A DNA stretch of 64,000 bases from Diplonema japonicum. Lineage: Eukaryota; Protista; Euglenozoa: Diplonemea. The position numbers were made by a program, and so were the translations under genes. How positions within the stretch are numbered: position 1 is the first letter of the stretch; every line of letters begins with the position of its first letter. This document shows positions 34,934-46,545 of the stretch, in pieces. The stretch lies in assembly GCA_964019335.1 (NCBI GenBank), contig OZ025707.1, positions 248,001-312,000 of the forward strand, in the 5' to 3' direction. The notes below the pieces were generated by a model that was given only the letters and a program-made list of their open reading frames with translations, made no database searches and was not told the origin of the DNA.

Positions 34934-35896
34934 CTAGCGAGGGAGCATTGTTTGTTTGTCGAGAGGGAGAGAGAGGAAGAAAATGTGAGTTTGGATAAGG
35001 GGCGTGGGTACGTGGGGTGCAGGGGGAGAGGCTGTCAACGCTGTCATTTCCTGCGCCAATCCCTCGATCCAGACCTTCTGCGGGATCTGTCCTCGTTCTC
35101 CCCGGACGCCCTGCCTTCCCTGCGGCTTTTGCCTCCCCTTATTGTAGCGCTGGTCCGTGAGCTTTCGCTTCCTGCGTCGACGGGTGAGCTCTTCGGCCAG
35201 GCGTTCTCCCTTTCTCAAAAAAGTAGGGACCGACTGCCCGTCGAACGCCTGCTGGATCGCGTCGGCGGCCTCCCAGTTGTCCCTGCTGCCCGAGGCGGAC
35301 AAGCGTTGAGTTTAGCTCCACCGGGTCTTGACAGCCAATGGCCATTACGATCTCCTGCAGGTTCTTGACCCGCATGCCTGCCTCCCAAGCGTGGGGCCCG
35401 ACGGTCAGCTGCCTGTACTGCATGGCGATGTTGGCCACCACCATGGGCCCGGCTCTAACCACGCCCACTTCGACGGCTCTAAGGCTTGCAGACCCCATAG
35501 CGGTGGGGGAGCCTGAGTGTCGGGGTTGTCCTGTGGTGAGTCGTCGGCGCTTGGCTCGTCGCGAAAACCCTCCGAGTCCGCGGAAGACTGAGAGGCTAGG
35601 CGTCTGCGCCTTCCGTCGCGGATTCCGGGGAGGTTGACCCCAGTCGTACCCTCGGCGCTTGGCCCTCGATTTACCAAGAGTTCCAGCCGATGTCCCGACC
35701 CAAGGTGCGAACTCTCCACCCGGTCCCTAACCGTGGGGAGCAGCTCGGAGATGGCCCTTTGAACGGCCTGCTCGACGAGCCGGTCGACCCTGGTTCTCTT
35801 AGGGGTCGCCTCACTCCGGCCTGGCGTCTGGCACGGAGGCGGGGAGGTGGGTGATCCAACCCTCTCTCCACCCGCTTTGGCAGTCTTCGGCGGCAT
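34934..35896 (-). pseudogene. gag-like ORF of the YR retroelement (frameshifted)
   Basis: MPPKTAK start at 35896 just inside repeat A, followed by overlapping ORF pieces 35405-35926, 35139-35498 and 34934-35302. Confidence 0.5.
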
Positions 35897-36026
35897 TTTA
35901 CTTTTTTTTGTTGTTCGCACGAGCAAAAAAGATTTTTAAAAAGCTGCGAAAGTTTTTTGCTCGGCACAAGTTGCATATAGTTATAAAATCATTTTTTGAA
36001 AGATAAATATTTGTAACAAAAAAAAA

Positions 36027-36167
36027 GCCATTAGCCAACTGAAGAGAATACCCATGTCACAAAAGGTGCTAGAACAATAACACAGGTCGACACGAAAGCA
36101 CGAACGTCTCAACACACTTCCGTTGGCTCCACACAGCCCAGCTGGGTGGGGTCGGTCTGGCTAGACC
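36027..36167. repeat. Repeat module A (second copy 37994-38138)
   Basis: Near-identical gccattagccaactg..ggtcggtctggctagacc; self-complementary arms agccaac/gttggct. Confidence 0.85.
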
Positions 36168-36207
36168 AAGAGGAGGTGGAATTTAAAAAAAAATAAAAAA
36201 GTAACAA

Positions 36208-36323
36208 AAAGAGGAACTGGCCGTTGTTTGTACGTGCCGGGTAAAACCTGGAGAAGTTTGTCAACCCGAAACACGTTGCCAACGTTCCCCTTTTGTTTAG
36301 ACAAGTCAAAGACTCGTTCTTGC
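36208..36323. repeat. Repeat module D (second copy 58899-59013, outside the island)
   Basis: gaggaactggccgt..cgggtaaaacctggag..gacaagtcaaaga.tcgttcttgc followed by an A-run in both copies. Confidence 0.85.
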
Positions 36324-36347
36324 AAAAAAAGAAGAAAAAGAAAAAAA

Positions 36348-36514
36348 GGATACTGTGGTCCGACACCCACAGTAACCAGGGGGGGGGAAAAAAAAAGTGC
36401 CAAACAACCAGCAAAGCTTGTGGAAAGGGAACACCAGTACGGTCATGAGTACCCGGGCAACCGGGTGAGCGTCTCGACACTTCCAACCCACCTAGGGTGC
36501 GGCCTTAGCAAGTC
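36348..36514. repeat. Repeat module C (second copy 38962-39134)
   Basis: ggatactg.ggtccg.cacc..aagtgccaaacaaccagcaaagcttgtgg..cccgggcaaccgggtgagcgtctcga..gggtgcggccttagcaagtc. Confidence 0.8.
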
Positions 36515-38399
36515 CCGCAGCCCGTCCTGGCTAGGGTTAAGCTGCACACTTTAAGGACACGACGCGGAACGCGGAAGAAGCTACAGCTCGGCCGCGGTGC
36601 GCCCCCTGTAATCAAGTAGACAGCTCATGCTTCGCTGCACACTTAACGCCACTTGGTGTTGCAATCAAAGCCCCGTATTTTTCTCTTTTTTTTTTTTTTT
36701 CTTCTTCTCCTTTCTCGTTCCTCCCTGTGTTTTTTCTTTAATCAGAATGGTGCGACTGCTCAGATAACGTGCACGGGACCTCAAGCTAGTTTTATGGTAA
36801 AATGAATATGTTGAGACGGTTCGTACGAACCCCTACAGACCCTGTTGAGTGTTTGTACGCATGCCGCACTGAATATACGTACCTACCTTACCAATGAATA
36901 TACGTAAAAATATCATAAATACAAGTTATAGAACCTCTTTGCACGCCCCAGCACACATTCTTTAAGCAACGTTTTATCTTCCCTGCCCTCCCCCCTTTTT
37001 TTTTGGACACTTCTTAACACACTTCCATTGGCTCCACTCAGCCACCCCCCCCCCTCTTTTTGTCTTTTCTGTTTATCCCCCCCCTTTTTTTCAAAATGTC
37101 AACATAAACACACAGGACGGGGGGTGAATGGGTGGGTGACAGCGCGGCTGTGACACGGTTGTTCGAGTCGGGGTATTCCCGTAACTGGACTACGAGCGGC
37201 ATTCTCTCAAAAACTTCTGTTTGGTATGATTCCTTTTCCGTGGCAGGTGGCGCTTTAGGTGGCCGAAAAGAAAGCACGATCCCCTCCTATCCCGGGGAAA
37301 CCCTTCTTGACATCCTCCCTCCGATCCATTGGTGCAAACAAACGGGTCCGAGGAGGGTATTCCTGCAGACCTACATTCGCATCGTACGACAAGGTGCGCT
37401 TCATCCTTGAACAGCGACTCGCAACCGGCTCACTGGGGAGGGACGACTGGGACAACAAGTTCGTGCCGACTATTTTGAATCTACCCGAAGAATCCCCACC
37501 CCATCTGCCGATAAAGATGCAGCGACGCAGAAGTAACAACACAAGATAGACCCTCCACCATGCTGCACACTTAACGCCAAATAGTGTTGCAGCCAAAGCC
37601 CCATTTTTCTTTCCTTTTCTTGAGGTGGTGGATAACATGGAAATATAAGAAGTACATCAGATGTGTTGTTCGCTGTTGACCTCCTCGTCGGTCATCACCG
37701 GTAGCGCCCGAGTGGAAGAACGTATTGCAGATGCTCAGGGTGACGAACAGGCAGCAAACTGCACGAGCGCAGAATCTTGGTTACCCAGGACGCCCTGGAG
37801 TCGGGGTATTCCCGTAACTCACGGCTGATCCGATCAAGAGCCCCGCATCTGTCCAGGTCCCCGTTATGGGGACCCGGTCCATGCAGTTGGACTCTCTTAT
37901 TTAACTAGTTAAATTATGGCCGTTTCGCGTTAAATTATGAGGCCCCTAGTGAGTGAAGAAAATGACGAAGAGTGAAATAAAAAAAAAAAAAAGGCCATTA
38001 GCCAACTGTGGAAAGAGAATACCCATGTCACAAAAGGTGCTAGAACAATAACACAGGCCGACACGAAAGCACGAACGTCTCAACACACTTCCGTTGGCTC
38101 CACACAGCCCAGCTGGGTGGGGTCGGTCTGGCTAGACCGAATTAAAAAAAAAAAAAAAAAAAAGAGTGCCCTGCAACCGAAGCGGCGAGGGCGAAGCACT
38201 CTTCGACACCCTGTCACTGAAGCACGTCCTAGTGGAAGAACCCCGAAAGACGATCCTGTTTCTCGCCGAAACAGAGATGCAACCCCCCACCACGGCAGCC
38301 GACCGAACAGACGCAGCAGTGTGAAGAAAATAGAAAACCCCCCAACGAACTTTTCCCCACCCCATAACGTGATCAAAAAAAAAAAAAAAAATAACTATT

Positions 38400-38551
38400 T
38401 ATTAAATGAAAATAAGATTGCATTATTTCACGCGTGGTGGCAGGGGGTTTAACGAGAGAGGATCTTACTTCACGAGCGAAGCGAGTGTAGTAATAATTTC
38501 GAGTTAAACCCGCCACCACAAGTGAAATAATGCACTTATTTTCATTTAATA
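38400..38551. mobile_element. Palindromic MITE-like hairpin element
   Basis: About 50-bp inverted arms attaaatgaaaataag..tgcattatttcac.cgtggtggc..gggtttaac / gttaaacccgccaccacaagtgaaataatgcacttattttcatttaat around a central cacgagcgaagcgagtg. Confidence 0.65.
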
Positions 38552-38933
38552 TGTTGTTTTATTTAATAAGAGCCAGGTTTGAAAGGGTGGGAGGTTACAG
38601 GTGCAGGCACAGGTTACAAGAAGAAATCAAAACTGAGAGGCAGCAAAAAAGGTTGGGTATTATAAGCTACAAGGGATTTCAAGTTACCAGTTCTCGTTAG
38701 TTCATTAATGTTGATGTCGAGGCTTATCCTATGCATCGCTACCGCTGGAACCCCATCCCAAAAAGATTTTTCAAGGGGTTGGGTGCATTTTTTTCCACGG
38801 TGAGACCCATTTTTTCACTCTGAAGGGCCATTATTTAACTGCAAAATCTCATTATTTAACTAGTTAAATAATGGCCATTTCGCGTTAAATAATGAGGCCC
38901 CTAGTGAGTGAAGAAAATGACGAAGAGTGAAAT

Positions 38934-38964
<31 letters not shown>

Positions 38965-39236
38965 TACTGAGGTCCGGCACCCGCAGTAGCCAAAAAAAAA
39001 AAAAAAAAAAAAAAAGTGTAAAGTGCCAAACAACCAGCAAAGCTTGTGGGATGAGAACACCAGTACGGTCATGAGTTGCCCGGGCAACCGGGTGAGCGTC
39101 TCGAGACACTTCCAGGGTGCGGCCTTAGCAAGTCGAAAAAGAAGTGGAATTTAAAAAAAAAGAAAAATAGAATAGCGGAAATATGTGGACGTTCCAAAGG
39201 TAGCTGATCCGACGTTATTGGGATTTAATCTATTGT

Positions 39237-39490
39237 TTAACCCTTAAACGCCCAACTGCTTCTGTAGAAGCAGTTAATAGGTGTAATTGTTCTGTGGTCA
39301 TCTAGACCAAAGCCTCGGATCGGTTTTCATAAAAAAAAGATGGAAGGGAAAGATATTGAAAATCTGTGTTAAATGCGCTATTTGTATCCATCTGAAACCT
39401 CATAACTTCATCCCGGAACGGGTGCCGAGACACTGGGTGACACCAAAAATGGGCATTTTCCGGATTTTCATGATTTTTCCGTGATTTTTT

Positions 39491-39524
<34 letters not shown>

Positions 39525-39734
39525 AACTTGAACAAGTAAACAAATTTTTGAAAAGAATTGTTATTGCAAAAAAGAGTAGAGGCAGCTTGTCCGTTTATCC
39601 CTACTGTAGGTGAAAACGGCTTGCACAAACAATCAGCCGACTCTTTTTTCCGAGTCACTAGGCCTTATCAAAATCAACATGCCAGCACACAACGGGAGCA
39701 GTTCCCGTCGACCTGCAATGTTCATATGGGTTAA
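39237..39734. mobile_element. Possible piggyBac-like non-autonomous element
   Basis: TTAA-CCC at 39237 and GGG-TTAA at 39728-39734; palindrome aactgcttct-gt-agaagcagtt. The TIR match beyond CCC is poor. Confidence 0.25.
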
Positions 39735-40180
39735 ATCCACCTCTCTCGTTTCTTTTTTATTTATTAGGACCGCGATGACGATGTAGTTGTGGGTCCGGTT
39801 GGGATCCTACGAAACAGGTGCCCACCTTTCTGGAGAACGGATGGTTTTTTTGATGCACTCGTTCTTCGTCGCGTCCCAGTGGCCTCCCGCAGTCCGGCGG
39901 TTCAGAGGCTGGCAACGGTCCTGCGAGCAGACGCTGCTGTAGCGTTCCACGAGCAGCAATCGCAAGCCTTGCAGTCTGCCTGACGGTACGCGAGCAGCAA
40001 CAGCAGCGACACCAACACCAGGGGCGCTCGAATGCCAAACAGGACCCCAGCAGCAACACTACTACGTCCCCTTCGAACCCCAACAACACCCCCACCAGAT
40101 CTACTGCTCCCTCGATACGGCTGAACGACGACGGGGAGCTGTCGATCCAGGCTACTGGGTCCAACTACAAGTCCCTGTGT

Positions 40181-43100
40181 ATGAAGATCACCGCGATGTG
40201 TGCACACCCCGATGTGCTGAACTACGACTTCACTACCTGGGCCCCCAAGACCGTCTTCAGGTACCTGAACTTCCTGAGACGTTACTTCGTCGGGAACTTC
40301 TTCACCGCCAAGATCGCGGCTATCGAACGAGGCCTCACCAACCGCCTCAGCCCTGCCCTCTTGAAAAAGGTGGTCCGCCGAGACGAAGGCTTCGTGTGGT
40401 TCAAAACGAGTTTTGACCACAAGGCCAAGGAGATGATCCTCTGGCGTAAGGTCTTCGAGGACAAGGAGGTAATTGCGGCATGCCCCAAGCCAGCCCTCCT
40501 TCGCAGAGTACACATGTGCAACAAGCTTGGTCAAACCCTCAAGGCCACAGTGTGCAATGTGACGAAGCTCAGCATCGAGACCCCGCGTCCAGAAGCGGCC
40601 GAGCCTACAACAAACTGCCCTTGCTCGAAGCGCAAGACCTCACACACACATGAGGGACACGCCTGCGGACTAGCAGCAGAGGTCATCGATGACGACGAAG
40701 TGAAGGAGGTTCTGAACAGAAGCATGAAGTTCCGCCTCTCAACACACGCCCTCCTCTCTTCCCAAAGTCTCGAGGAGGACATCAACGGGTTCATCACTCA
40801 GAACTTTCGGAGATCCCCTGCAGTGAAAAAGGATTCCTTCCGGAAGGTCCTCCTCGCCAAGGCACAGAACCTTCTCCACCCCCACACTCAGTCTCCGGTC
40901 TTCGACCCCTCAGTCCCGGAGTTCATCAAGACAAAGCTCCGGAAACTTCAGGAGGTCTACGTTTTCCTCCCCATAGACAAAAGCACCCACGACATTGGCG
41001 TCTGTTGCAAGGATCGCCCCTTTTTATCTATTTCTTCGCTTCTTCATCCTAACTTAAAACCATTTCAGCTACCTCAGGATCCTGCACCAACAGCTTGATA
41101 GCCAAGCTTTCGAGCCGGTCTCGAAGCCCTTGGACTCGATCTTCTCCGAAATAGCTGATCAAGCCAAGACCTTCAACCTCGATTCCACACGTCGCATGCC
41201 ATACCTGTACGGTACCCTGAAGCTACACAAAGACAAAGTGGGCGTCAGGTGGATCTCTGGTGTCTCCTCCACTGATGCACCCCCTGTGGACCAACCAGCA
41301 GCGGTCAGCACGCAGGAAATTATGGAGAACTTGGTCGCAGCAGGCGGCGATACAACGGGCAATAAAGCTAAGAAACCCACAGCTGCCACCACGGCCCTCC
41401 ATCTAGAACTGTCTTCCCTCCTGAAGGCTGTCCAACGCGCGCTGCTGGACAAGGATCTGGAGGGCAGGTCCAAGACCCACGGTCCCGACGGTATCCGACT
41501 AAAGCGGTACTGGATCGTCGACTCGGCCGAGAACGTAGCTGCGGATATCAAGCAGCAGTACACGGCTTACAAAAGCCTGTCCCCTGCCACGTACGACTTC
41601 CGGGACATGTACACCAACCTCGACCAAGAGCGTCTGAAAGAGGGGGTTCGTAAAGCAGTCCAAGAAGCGTTCGACTTCACCGGCAAGAACCTCACCCGTG
41701 GCAAGGACGGGAGCTCCTTCACAGATGCCGACGAGGACGATGTCTACACCCCGGAACGGATCCATAAGCTCCTGGACCTCGTCGTTGACAACACCTATGT
41801 TGTGCAGGGTGGCCGCGCCGTTCGTCAAGTAAAGGGTATCCCCATGGGTGGGAACGCCTCCCCCGACCTGGCGAACCTGTTCTGCTACGCCGTGGAGGCC
41901 GCATACATCGACAAGCTCCTCGCCGAAGAGGACTGGGAGACCTTGAAACGCTACTGCAACGCGTGTCGCTACATCGACGACTTCCTGTTGTGGAGCACTG
42001 CGCCACCCCCGGAGGAGCTTTATGGCATGGCTTATGTAAAGACCTCTTCAGACCCATGCGACGTCCCCTTTATCGGGATTCGCATCCGGATAGAGCGCCA
42101 CGAACAAGCTAAGCACAACTATATTAGACTTAGCATTAACGATAAGGCGCAGAACTGGCGCTTCCGGCCTACGCGGTTCACCCACGGGCACACCGCGGCG
42201 CCCACCACCCAGGGACCAGGCATCTTCAAGGGCATGGTCATCCGTGCCTGCGCCCTGACCAACAACATCGCGGACCTCAAACGGGAGATCGCTTCAGTGA
42301 TCTACCTGCTCCTAGATCGCGGTCACGACAAGGGCGGCCTGCGGAAAGCGTACAACGCCTTCCTTATCGAACGCGTGGATCGACGCTTCGCCATGGAGAA
42401 AAGCAACCTGCTGGCCTTCTTCACGCAAGTCCTCCACCGATACGACGCCAAAGCCCCGGTAGATTCTTGGTTGCCGGAAAAAACGTACATAGGCCCCAAG
42501 AAACCCCGTGCGCTTCCCACGGACGACTCCTCGGACGACTCCTCAGCTGACTCCTCAGTCGTCTCCTCAGTCGCCTTCTCGGGGGGCCCCTCAGACGAGC
42601 CCTCGGACAGTTCCTCGGACAGCTCTTCAGGTCTTGTCGAACCGTCACAACCCCGAGCAGCCTCCGTGGTCTCACCATCTGGTGTCACGGACCAGGTTTT
42701 TTCGCCCCCCATCAACCTGCACACCAACAGCGGGGAAGGTCGCCTGGGCCTGGAATGCGGCTGGGCCGTCATAAACTGGTTGGCGGACTATGCTGGTGTG
42801 GACCGCATCCCCTTCTCTACAATGCAGGAGATCCAGGAGATGTACCACGGCTTCTCACGACTCATCTCCCCTTCCAGCACTGATGAAGCGCCCGATCCTC
42901 TTGGCAACTTTTCCCGCTCGACCTTGTCACGTGCTTGCCTCATGGTCGTTGGTGCAAACTTGGAGGTCTTCCGTGCGGGCATGAAAGAAAGCCCCTGCTT
43001 GATCGTTGGTCCCTTGAAACGAAGTCTCAGCGGCCACTGGTTCATCGCTCTCAGGAAGAAGGGAAGGTACATGGTCAAAGACACCGACGTACGGCTAAGG

Positions 43101-45350
43101 CTCCAGAGCTTCAAACACATCTGCGCGACATACTCCGAACACAACATCCTCTGCATCCCAGACGATGTGTGGGCCAGGACAACCCCAGGCAGGAAACACA
43201 ACACACGTGTTCTAGACCCTGAGGCTGAGTTTCGCCAGTTTGGGCCGGTCATCACCCCGGCGGCACCCCAGGTAAGCGACTCGAGCGCGCGAAAGACTGA
43301 GACCGCTCTCAACACCCCGGAAGATCGCACCCTCCTAACTTATGTCACCCTAGCTGCAGCTATAGCTACATATGCCGCACGCACCCGACGGCTCGACACA
43401 GGAGTCGCCGCATCAGGTGTGGATGCGCACACCGCTCACTTCGGGCGGCCCGTCGCCACCGCCATCGTAGCCCTAGCTGCCGCCGTGGCCGCGCGAGCCG
43501 TGCACACCGGATGCTCTGTCACCACCACGTCTACGGCAAGCCAGACTAACGTGTTCGGAACTGTCCCGCTCTTCCTGAAGGTCTCGAGTCTGCACAAGTC
43601 TACACCACAGACAGCAGTCGCAACCTGTCAGACGGACCGTGTCACAGCACCTGTACTGTTCTCGATATCATCGACGCTCCAGACGGATCCTCCCAGCAGT
43701 AGACTGCCCCCGATGGACGCCGGACTGGGGTCGCCCTCGGCCGCGGCGGTCAGACTTACGAAGTCTGTCGAAATTCCGACGCCCCGCGCGACCCTGTCGA
43801 GGCGGCTGGTTACTGAGCCTCGGTTGACACCATGCCTTCCACCGCCAACGGACGTGTCATCCACCCAGCTCGCGGCCTGCACTCAGTCCACCCGTCGGGA
43901 CACCGGACACGGGAGTGACACACCGATGCCGTCGTCTACCATGGGACACGCGACACTCCAACCAGTGGTCGGCTCCCAGATTGTGACAACGTCGGCTGTG
44001 GAGTCATCGCTCGCCCGAGCCGTGACAACGCCCGTTCTGGCAGACGCCCCCCTCGGCGCCCGCCAAGTACAGCTCACTCCTTGCATCCAGTCCGTCCATG
44101 AGAACATCGGACTCGGGATGGATACGCCGATGGCTCCCGCCATGGGACACACAACGCTTCAACCGGTGGTCAACGCCCAGAGAGACACGACGCTGACCCT
44201 GGAGCCGCCCGTGGCCCGAGCCGAGGCAGACGCTCCCCTAGACCCTCACCAGGCGGATGGTGGTTTAGAAATGATCGACCTCACGCAGGACTCCCCGGAC
44301 AGACCCTCGCGCAAGAAGAAGCACGACGGCACTGCTTACGAGCACGAAAGCCGTCGTGGTAAGAGTTCCTCCACAGGCGATGGGGATCTTCTCATCCTGC
44401 GCGAGCAGTCACAGGGTTTTGATCAGAAAGCCCTCAACCGAAGGGCCCTCCAGAGACGGATGGATCGATACCTCAGTCTCTTGGTCTACTTCCGGCGACA
44501 CCCGGAGCTCTTGGACGAACACCAGCGTCAGCTCCTGTCGGTCGGTCCCCTCCCGATGCACCTGGACACCTCTCCACATCAACTGCTGCTCGAGGCCCGT
44601 GACACGGATAGAACTGCCGACCAACAGGCAACCGTCGCCAACCAGGAACAGCTTCTTCTGATTGCGCACAAGGCGTTGCCTACCACCGAACGTCTTCGGT
44701 TGTCTCACGAATGGCACTCGGGGCTGAACACCGCGGTACAGCAACAGTGGTGGTCGGAGTTCTTCGCCCAAGGCGGCTGGAAACACCCACTCTTCGGTTC
44801 CGAGGCCCCAAGAGGTGACGAGACTAGGACTCCAGGGAGGACCCCTCTCCTGCTCACCTACAACGGGCAGAGGAACAAACGCCCGGAACCCGAAGACGGC
44901 CCCGCCCTTCCCGCGGCCAAACGGGATCTCGCCGCGACGAGGCCGAACACCAGAGTCACTGGACTTGTCGCCCTTAAGAGGCTCACCAGGGAAGCAGACG
45001 TCGACGGCCCTGAGGACCTGGATGAGCTTCGACACCTGGGCTTCCTTTCCCAGGGCGAGGCCGTCTTTGACCTCAGCTGCATGTCCGGGGCTTGCACACA
45101 CTTCCTGGGTGAGACCCCCATGGTCACGGTCCCCCTCGACACACGCGTCGCGATCCCGTGTCTGCTGGTCTGTTATGACTCGACGTGGCTCTACGCTTCC
45201 CGCCAGGAACAGGGCTTTCGGTTGCAGACCCAAGGGTTCAAGGACAAGTCGTATCCGACTGTGGCAGCCCTACTCGCTGACTTCGTGGGGGCAGGGACCC
45301 TCTACTACAGCGAGTCACAGTGGTCGACTGTGCTGAACTCCTACAACTAG
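40181..45350 (+). CDS. PLE polyprotein (N-terminal domain - RT - Josephin-like protease - low-complexity linker - degenerate second Josephin-like unit), interrupted by a 52-bp insert at 41017-41068
   Basis: Removing 41017-41068 gives in-frame ..DIGVCCKDRYLRILHQQL.. The frame stays open upstream to about 39853 without an ATG, so the true start is uncertain. Confidence 0.75.
41017..41068 (+). repeat. 52-bp exact copy of the PLE 3' terminus (45785-45836), splice-acceptor-like
   Basis: cccctttttatctatttcttcgcttcttcatcctaacttaaaaccatttcag is identical at both sites. Confidence 0.9.
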
Positions 45351-45836
45351 GAACTACTGGAGACGACCCTACGCAATGTAGGAGTGCCGGCCCGGCGTGC
45401 TACGAGGGCGATAGGCTATGCAGGGTCTCACAGACCTCGCACCCTATGATTTTAGTTTCCACCTTTTCCTTTTCCACTTCTTGTCTTTTAACTTCCCTTC
45501 TGCTTTCCCAACATGGTTTCCGTCCCGGGTATGACGTTAAACTGCGTCCGCCGACGCATTTGGGTCAACATTCTCTGATGACCAAGCCGTCTTTTTCCGT
45601 TTCTTCTCCCCTTCTCTTTGTTATGTTATTTTCATTATTCTTTCTGGCGATAGACTGATACGGGCCATGGAAGCAACCTCTGCTTAATTCCTGGTACGTG
45701 GGAGGCTCCTCTTGAGGATGTCAGTCACCTTTTCCCTTTTTTACTCGACTCTCTGTTTTCGTATGCAGTATTTATTCTTTCCCACCCCTTTTTATCTATT
45801 TCTTCGCTTCTTCATCCTAACTTAAAACCATTTCAG

Positions 45837-46480
45837 GTACCTTACTGAAACTCTCGATCAAGACGCAAGTGTCAAAAACTGCTGCGGTGAGACACCGATT
45901 CATCTAGCAGCGGAGAGCGGCCACCTCGAGACAGTTACATATCTTTCTGAGACTCGCGGTCACGACGCAGGTGTGAAAAGCAACGATGGTTGGACACCGA
46001 TACATGCAGCAGCACAGAATGGCCAGTTCGAGACTGTTAAATATCTTGTTGAAAATCGAGGTCAGGACGCAGGTGTGATATGCAGCGATGGTCGGACACC
46101 TGTTCATGTTGCAGCAGATAATCGCCACCTGGAGACAGTAAGATATCTTGTTGAAACGGTCGGACACCAGCGACGGGGCAGCGAAGTAACTGACAATGAG
46201 AGGAAACAATTGCAAGGCTGAACAAGGAAATAAAATGCTATACAGCGAGCAGGTGGAAGGGAAGTACCCGTCACCAATCAGCCAGAGACATGACACGTTC
46301 TTGTGGAAAACCACAAACGCCATCATGCAATATAAAAAAGAATATATATATCTCGGTGAATCCGGGGACCTGCCCACCTCCTCAACAACTCAACAACAAC
46401 CATCTAACCTGCCGAAGTAGCATGCTGATCAGAAGGCGGCTGAGGCACTTATGATTTAGTCAGAATCCCCGAGACTCCAT
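45837..46480 (+). pseudogene. 3' portion of a third kinase-ankyrin family copy (about 3 ANK plus 3' region), truncated by the PLE
   Basis: YLTETLDQDAS..GWTPIHAAAQNGQ.., stop at 46221; the 3' flank matches 21200-21262 and 32405-32500. Confidence 0.75.
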
Positions 46481-46545
46481 CGTTTGAATCTTAAAAGAAG
46501 AAAGAAAAAGGAGGGGAAAAAAAAGGGGATCAAGGGTCCGACACT

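Larger units (their letters stand above)
33015..36021 (-). mobile_element. Tyrosine-recombinase retroelement (gag-YR-RT/RH order, VIPER/TATE-like) with split direct repeats; degenerate and internally deleted
   Basis: Repeat A at 35907-36014 = 33042-33151; repeat B at 33155-33192 = 33015-33053, giving an A..B-A-B layout. YR, RT remnant and RNase H lie on the minus strand. Confidence 0.85.
39736..45836 (+). mobile_element. Penelope-like retroelement (Naiad/Chlamys-like RT); no recognisable endonuclease; Josephin-like domain
   Basis: CPC..HEGHACG..VLNRSMKFR, PIDKS, PYLYGTLKLHK..RWISG, TYDFRDMYTNL, GIPMGGNASPDLANLF, RYIDD. The 3' end is defined by the junction with ankyrin sequence at 45836/45837; the 5' end is approximate. 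Confidence 0.85.

Noticed and set aside
36027-36167. Module A as an HDV-like ribozyme or U5 snRNA
   Set aside because: It ends with ggctaatggc on the minus strand, but no P1/P3 pairing could be built; the loop is not GCCUUUUAC and there is no Sm site.
45348-45356. TAG-GAACTA as a second readthrough site
   Set aside because: It does not match CARYYA, and the downstream frame shows no recognisable domain.
45570-45600. CTGATGA in the PLE 3' UTR as a hammerhead ribozyme
   Set aside because: There is no downstream GAAA or stem II/III arrangement.
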